IMG/VR virus record: IMGVR_UViG_3300016672_000183
Span: 1 to 37,448 of that record
Direction: 5' to 3' (one strand)
Source of the DNA: a virus
Lineage: Duplodnaviria; Caudoviricetes
Length of the DNA stretch: 37,448 bases
Both the position numbers and the translations under genes were made by a program. Position 1 is the stretch's first letter. The number at the start of each line of letters is the position of its first letter. The notes under the pieces were generated by a model. The model made no database searches. It was not told the origin of the DNA and was given only the letters and a program-made list of their open reading frames with translations. Below, piece by piece: positions 32,855 to 37,448 of the stretch.

Positions 32855-33453
32855 TCTGCATGTTCGACACGGAGACCACGGGCCTGCCGCTGTTCCGCGA
32901 CCCAAGCGACGATCCGCGCCAGCCGCACCTGGTGGACATCTGCATCCTGGCCTACGACGCCAACGGCACCCTGGTCGATTCCTTCGAAGCGATGGTGCGC
33001 CCTGATGGCTGGGTGATCCCTGCCGACGTTACAGCGATCCACGGCATCACCAACGAAATGGTGATGGACTTGGGTATCCCTGAGTCGGAAGCGCTGGACG
33101 GCTTCATGGCCATTCACGACCGCGCAGGCCTGCGCATCGCGCACAACATCAACTTTGACGACCGGATCATGCGTATTGCCCTGTCGCGGTACCGGGGTAA
33201 GGAGGCGGCCGACGCCTTCAAGGCCACGCCTGGTTACTGCACCTGCCAATCCAGCAAGAACCTGGTGCAGTGCCCCCCCACTGAAAAGATGATCCGTGCG
33301 GGCTTCGGTAAACAGTTCAAACAGCCAACCGTGGCCGAGGCCCTGTTGCACTTCACCGGTGAAGAACTGGTCGGTGGCCACCGCGCGCGGCCCGACACCG
33401 AAGCCTGCGCCCGCATCTACTTCGCCATGAACCCGCCTGCTCAGGTGGCTTGA
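32842..33453 (+). CDS. DEDDh 3'-5' exonuclease (DnaQ-like)
   Basis: FDTETTG, IHGITNE, AHNINFD, HRARPDT. Confidence 0.9.
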   Translation: MHNLICMFDTETTGLPLFRDPSDDPRQPHLVDICILAYDANGTLVDSFEAMVRPDGWVIPADVTAIHGITNEMVMDLGIPESEALDGFMAIHDRAGLRIAHNINFDDRIMRIALSRYRGKEAADAFKATPGYCTCQSSKNLVQCPPTEKMIRAGFGKQFKQPTVAEALLHFTGEELVGGHRARPDTEACARIYFAMNPPAQVA

Positions 33454-33491
33454 TTCTGCTGGCGCCCCGCGTGGGCGCCCTTGAGGTGCCC

Positions 33492-33815
33492 ATGAACCTA
33501 ACAGCATTTAAAGCGCTGGCGGACGCGTTCGACCGTCAGCTCCAGGCGCCCAAGCCTAAATCCAAGCTTCTCCCGCCTGTCCTGGCCAACGAGCCACTGC
33601 CCGAACTGGTCATCACCGGCCCCATCAATCGCGTCATGCAGCAGGAGGGCAAGCGGTGGGCCATGGAGTTCGTGCAGGCCCTGGGCGCATCGATCCGACG
33701 CGAGCCGGTGCGAACCAAGGCCATTGCCGACCTGACCAGGTACGCCGCGCAGCAACCGGCCAGCGTGGCCAGCGGCGTGAAGATCGTTATCGACTTGTTG
33801 AAGGAGGCGGGATGA
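33492..33815 (+). CDS. Hypothetical protein (107 aa)
   Basis: SD GAGG; coupled to next ORF. Confidence 0.55.
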   Translation: MNLTAFKALADAFDRQLQAPKPKSKLLPPVLANEPLPELVITGPINRVMQQEGKRWAMEFVQALGASIRREPVRTKAIADLTRYAAQQPASVASGVKIVIDLLKEAG

Positions 33816-34195
33816 AAACGACTTCTGAACGCTTGGCAGAATTGGCCATCGCGTACGCACAGCACCGCACGGCCATGTGGGAGAACCACCGAGCGATCAA
33901 GGCTATTCACAACGACCAAGATGCCTATGTCGACCTCGGTCCGTTCCGCGACCGCTACTACTCCGGCGAAGTACACGACCTGATTCTGGGTGAGTGCATC
34001 GTCTGGCATGGCTGGCTGCATGCCGTGGACACCTGTCGCGAGTGGGACGGAGAGGAGCTCGTCGACATCGAAGATTGCTCGATTCGATCCATGGCGGCGC
34101 TGCTGGACGAGCGCAAAGCCATCAAGAGCAACGGCAGCCAGATTCGCAGCCGCTTGCGCATCATCGGGCAGCAACTGATTAAGGAGGCGGGATGA
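33801..34195 (+). repeat. 15-bp direct repeat AAGGAGGCGGGATGA flanking one gene
   Basis: Identical copies at 33801-33815 and 34181-34195. Confidence 0.8.
33812..34195 (+). CDS. Hypothetical protein (127 aa, MKTTSERL...)
   Basis: Strong SD and ATGA coupling. Confidence 0.6.
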   Translation: MKTTSERLAELAIAYAQHRTAMWENHRAIKAIHNDQDAYVDLGPFRDRYYSGEVHDLILGECIVWHGWLHAVDTCREWDGEELVDIEDCSIRSMAALLDERKAIKSNGSQIRSRLRIIGQQLIKEAG

Positions 34196-34338
34196 CCAGC
34201 ACCGGCAAACTCACCGCCGAGGTGCTGGAGTTCCTGGCCAAGTGCGACAAGTGCAACAGGCCCCGCAACAGCGGGAACCACGACAAATGCAGCCGGGCGC
34301 GCCAGCAAGAGCACGCCAAGCCGCGGGAGAAAGAGTGA
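34192..34338 (+). CDS. Small zinc-finger-like protein (48 aa)
   Basis: CDKC...GNHDKCSRARQ; translated by hand. Confidence 0.55.
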   Translation: MTSTGKLTAEVLEFLAKCDKCNRPRNSGNHDKCSRARQQEHAKPREKE

Positions 34339-35036
34339 TGAACACACCACCTAAAGCGCCTTGCCATTCCTGCAATGGCACCGGCATTGATCCAACAGTC
34401 GGTTTCCTCGACTGTGAATTCTGCACACCAGCATTTGCGGGCGTATCGCTTTCGGCGCCTGAGCAGCCTGAGCCCACGTGCACCACCTGCAACGAACACG
34501 GGGAGATTGGTTGCCTGCGCCCTGACGGGTATGACGGTGAGCGCTATCCGGACTGCAACCCGGCCACGGTCAAGCGTTACCACGTAACCGAGGCCGGCCT
34601 TGTGGAAGGCCACGCCCTTGGCAGGCTCAACGTTGTACTGGGCGCCGATCACGATCGGGTAACCGCCGAGCGTGACGCCCTGCAACAGCGCCTGACCGCA
34701 GCGGATGAGCGGGCGGATGTGCTGGAGGGGTTGGTTCGTGATGCGCAGAAAGCGTTCAACTACGACCCAGCAGGCAGTTGCTACAACCCCGGCATAGCGT
34801 TTGTTAAGCCTTGGTCGATTCGCGCTATTGCCGCACTCAAGCCAGCAGAGGGTGGTGGCGATCACGTCAAGCACTACGAGTGCATCGGCAAGGGCGGCGA
34901 CTACACCGTTGTTGCAATCGCTAAAGGAGCCGGAATGCTCAAGGGCTTCAACCACTACGTCTACAAGAATGCCGATGGCGTCCACTTCGTGCGTGATCCG
35001 GAAGACTTCCTTGCGCGCATGCAGGTTAAGCCATGA
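34338..35036 (+). CDS. Mosaic accessory protein (CxxC zinc ribbons, Ead/Ea22-like coil, DUF1653-like C-terminus)
   Basis: CHSCNGTG, CTTC, ERDALQQRLTAADER, KGGDYTVV...YVYKNADGVHFVRDPEDF. Confidence 0.55.
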   Translation: MNTPPKAPCHSCNGTGIDPTVGFLDCEFCTPAFAGVSLSAPEQPEPTCTTCNEHGEIGCLRPDGYDGERYPDCNPATVKRYHVTEAGLVEGHALGRLNVVLGADHDRVTAERDALQQRLTAADERADVLEGLVRDAQKAFNYDPAGSCYNPGIAFVKPWSIRAIAALKPAEGGGDHVKHYECIGKGGDYTVVAIAKGAGMLKGFNHYVYKNADGVHFVRDPEDFLARMQVKP

Positions 35037-35099
35037 CCCAACTCCCCGCTTACTGCTGGTGCCTGCTGGCACTGGCACAACTGATTTGCTGAGGTGTTT

Positions 35100-35258
35100 A
35101 TGAAAATTGAAGTTCATTGCGAATGGCCAAACGGATCAGAGACTGTCGAGTTTGAAATGGACGATGACAGTTCGCCCGAGGACATCGAGAAAGCTGCTGA
35201 AGAGGCTTTTTTCAACACATGCAACTACGGCTGGTCCGTGGACGGAGTTCATCAATGA
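35100..35258 (+). CDS. Small acidic hypothetical protein (52 aa)
   Basis: SD GAGG; ATGA-coupled to next ORF; translated by hand. Confidence 0.55.
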   Translation: MKIEVHCEWPNGSETVEFEMDDDSSPEDIEKAAEEAFFNTCNYGWSVDGVHQ

Positions 35259-35926
35259 CCATCAACCAAGCGATTGACGGCGTGCTGGTATCGCGTGAGC
35301 TGCTGGAGCGCATTATTTCGCACTGCAAGTTCTGGCATGACCACCCATACCTTGAAGCAATACAGGGTATCGACAAAGAGCTGCGCGTCCTGCTGGATTC
35401 GACAGCGGAAGCACAGGCGGTGCATGAGGTGCAGTGGAATGGTATTCACGGCCCTGAAGGCTGGAAAGTTGTAGATGCGCCGACCTTTCACCGCTGCACT
35501 GGTCGCCTTTGGGATCGCCGCATTAAACACAAGCCAGCCGCCCAGCCCCAGGGCGAGCCGGTGGAGTGGGGAGCACCTAAGACTGTTCGTCAGTTGATCC
35601 GCCAGCTAGAAACGCTTGACCAAGACCTTCGCCCGCTGTCGATGCTTCGCGTCCCTGCGAGTGTCTTCGAGGATGGAAAGGAGCGAGTTCGGGCCACGCA
35701 TCTCAGCTTTTCTCATGAGCGCGTTGATGGGCAATGGCTTGCGCCATTCAAGAGCGACGGCGAGAAGGTTCTGGCGTTCTGGTGTCGAATGGAGCAGCCC
35801 GCGCCGGTAGCGGTGGTGATGCCTGAGCGAATGGAAGTACCTTCCGCAGATTGTCCTGAGCGAATCAATGCCCAGGGTTGGAACGCCTGCCTTGACGAGC
35901 TGAAACGCCTCAACCCCTCTCTGTAA
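35255..35926 (+). CDS. Mosaic accessory protein (223 aa; Eaa/DUF551-like ends)
   Basis: PAAQPQGEPV linker; C-terminal VVMPERM...GWNACLDEL. Confidence 0.55.
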   Translation: MTINQAIDGVLVSRELLERIISHCKFWHDHPYLEAIQGIDKELRVLLDSTAEAQAVHEVQWNGIHGPEGWKVVDAPTFHRCTGRLWDRRIKHKPAAQPQGEPVEWGAPKTVRQLIRQLETLDQDLRPLSMLRVPASVFEDGKERVRATHLSFSHERVDGQWLAPFKSDGEKVLAFWCRMEQPAPVAVVMPERMEVPSADCPERINAQGWNACLDELKRLNPSL

Positions 35927-35979
35927 CCCCTCCCCCCATTCAATCAATCCACCCGGCAACGGTGTGGCGAGGCATTCCT

Positions 35980-36381
35980 ATGGCCAATACAAAGCTGGCG
36001 CCTGTCCTAGAGACCGCGCCCCGCTTCATCCGGGCGAAACACGCACCTACTTACCTCGGCATGTGCCGGGCAGTTTTCGACGAAACCGTTCGCCCTTACG
36101 TCCGCGAATTCCCCATTGGAAAACAGGGCGTTGCCTTCGACCGTCATGAGCTGGACCAGTGGGCAGACGCCTACATCGAGCGCATGGCAATTGAAAAGCA
36201 GGCCGATCAGGACAACAATCCGCCCCGCAGTGGGCGCCAAGGAGCAAAACAATGGCGCGAAAAACAATGTCGGGCCTCTACCAGAGGAACGGGATTTGGC
36301 ACATCGACAAAGTCGTCAGAGGTAGCCGACTTCAAGAAAGCACTGGAGCAAGCGAGAGGGAAGAAGCCGAGCAGTACTTGA
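35980..36381 (+). CDS. Excisionase / AlpA-like DNA-binding protein
   Basis: PRFIRAKHAPTYLGMCRAVFDETVRP...VAFDRHELDQWAD; directly upstream of and overlapping integrase. Confidence 0.75.
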   Translation: MANTKLAPVLETAPRFIRAKHAPTYLGMCRAVFDETVRPYVREFPIGKQGVAFDRHELDQWADAYIERMAIEKQADQDNNPPRSGRQGAKQWREKQCRASTRGTGFGTSTKSSEVADFKKALEQARGKKPSST

Positions 36382-37448
36382 TTCACCGGCTGGAAAAGCT
36401 ACGGCAGGAAAAGATCTACGGCGTGCGCGAGGTGCGAACCTGGCGCGCAGCTACCACCAGGTTCCTGGCAGAGTTCAAGGATCAGCCATCGATCGGCCTT
36501 TCGGCCTCCCATATCGAACAGCTTGACCCGTACATCGGCGATCTGCCGATCACGCACATCGATGATGGGGCCCTGGCGCAATTTATACGGGACCGGAAAA
36601 AGCCGACCAAGACGGCACAGGGAAAGGTCAAGCCAGGCGTATCAAACAGGACGGTCAACATCGCCCTGCAACGAGTCGTCAGGATATTGAACCTGTGTCA
36701 CCGCAAGTGGCGCGATGCTGAAAAGCGGCCGTGGCTGGAAAGCGTGCCGATGATATCGATGCTCGAGGAGAAGAAGTCGAGCCGCAAGCCCTACCCGATG
36801 TCCTGGGAAGAGCAGGCCCTGTTGTTCCCTGAGCTGCCCGACCACCTGTTGAGGATGGCTCTCTATAAGGTGAACACGGGTTGCCGGGAGCAGGAAGTGT
36901 GCAAGTTGCGGTGGGATTGGGAAATACGGGTGCCGGACCTGAACACCAGCGTGTTTCTGATACCTGCCGGATTCGGCGGGCGGAGTGAAAAAGCAGGGGT
37001 GAAGAACGGCGATGAACGCCTGGTGATCTTGAACAACGTGGCGATGTCCATCATCGATGGCCAGCGCGGCCTGCACAAAGACCTGGTGTTTCCGTATGGG
37101 CAACCAGATCAGTTCGGGCCAACGGCGATGCATCGAATGAATGACTCGGCCTGGAAGAAAGCCAGGGTGCGCGCAGCGGACAAGTGGGAGAAGGCCCACC
37201 ATGCGCCAGCACACCCCGGATTCAGGTCGATCAGGATTCACGACTTGAAGCACACCTTTGGCAGAAGGCTACGTGCAGCGAGCGTGACGGAGGAAGATCG
37301 GAAAGCGTTGTTGGGGCATAAGAACGGCAGCATTACGAGCCACTATTCTACCCCGGAGCTGCAGCACTTGATTGAAGCTGCGAACAAAGTGTCGGCAACT
37401 GACTCTCGCGGGCCGGCGCTGACCATCTTGAGGAGGAAACTGGGATGA
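36252..37448 (+). CDS. int: Tyrosine integrase
   Basis: NTGCREQE (Arg), VKNG (Lys), HDLKHTFGRRL, LLGH, TSHY (Tyr). Confidence 0.93.
   Translation: MARKTMSGLYQRNGIWHIDKVVRGSRLQESTGASEREEAEQYLIHRLEKLRQEKIYGVREVRTWRAATTRFLAEFKDQPSIGLSASHIEQLDPYIGDLPITHIDDGALAQFIRDRKKPTKTAQGKVKPGVSNRTVNIALQRVVRILNLCHRKWRDAEKRPWLESVPMISMLEEKKSSRKPYPMSWEEQALLFPELPDHLLRMALYKVNTGCREQEVCKLRWDWEIRVPDLNTSVFLIPAGFGGRSEKAGVKNGDERLVILNNVAMSIIDGQRGLHKDLVFPYGQPDQFGPTAMHRMNDSAWKKARVRAADKWEKAHHAPAHPGFRSIRIHDLKHTFGRRLRAASVTEEDRKALLGHKNGSITSHYSTPELQHLIEAANKVSATDSRGPALTILRRKLG

Larger units (their letters stand above)
1..37448. mobile_element. Temperate prophage, podovirus-type virion module with lambdoid immunity/replication arm; ends outside window
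   Basis: Integrase, xis, cI/cro/cII, replication, lysis, portal/capsid/tail tube/terminase genes in two divergent blocks centred on about 24490. Confidence 0.95.

Noticed and set aside
37380-37448. att site or target tRNA
   Set aside because: Window ends at the integrase stop; no tRNA fold or terminal direct repeat is visible

Overview
The window is a near-complete temperate prophage. It is GC-rich with Pseudomonas-like gene content (host inferred) and is cut exactly at the tail-fibre stop codon (position 1) and the integrase stop codon (37448), so no att site is visible. It combines a lambdoid control/replication arm (int, xis, RecT/YqaJ recombination, cI/cro/cII, O-like initiator with iterons, P-like loader, RusA) with a podovirus T7/epsilon15/BPP-1-type virion module (portal, scaffold, capsid, tail tube A/B, ejection proteins, TerS/TerL, tail fibre) and a holin/SAR-endolysin/Rz/Rz1 cassette. 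No N, Q or RNA polymerase gene is recognisable. The most striking unexplained structure is a late-gene control architecture. Five copies of a palindrome, (AA)ATA-GTCGG-N4-CCGAC, each lie exactly 13 bp upstream of an nAnnnT -10-like hexamer on the minus strand, ahead of the lysis, portal, capsid, ejection/terminase and tail-fibre units. At four copies the -10/start region overlaps the 5' arm of an inverted repeat that would fold only in read-through RNA, and the fifth is followed at once by an intrinsic terminator. An 86-aa HTH gene in the Q position is the candidate activator. Other notable items: a covarying twin-hairpin capsid leader, a Gp49-family (possible nucleotide-sponge) gene inside the lysis cassette, an FtsK-gamma domain protein, an insertion in TerL and a rex-position membrane/lipoprotein moron.
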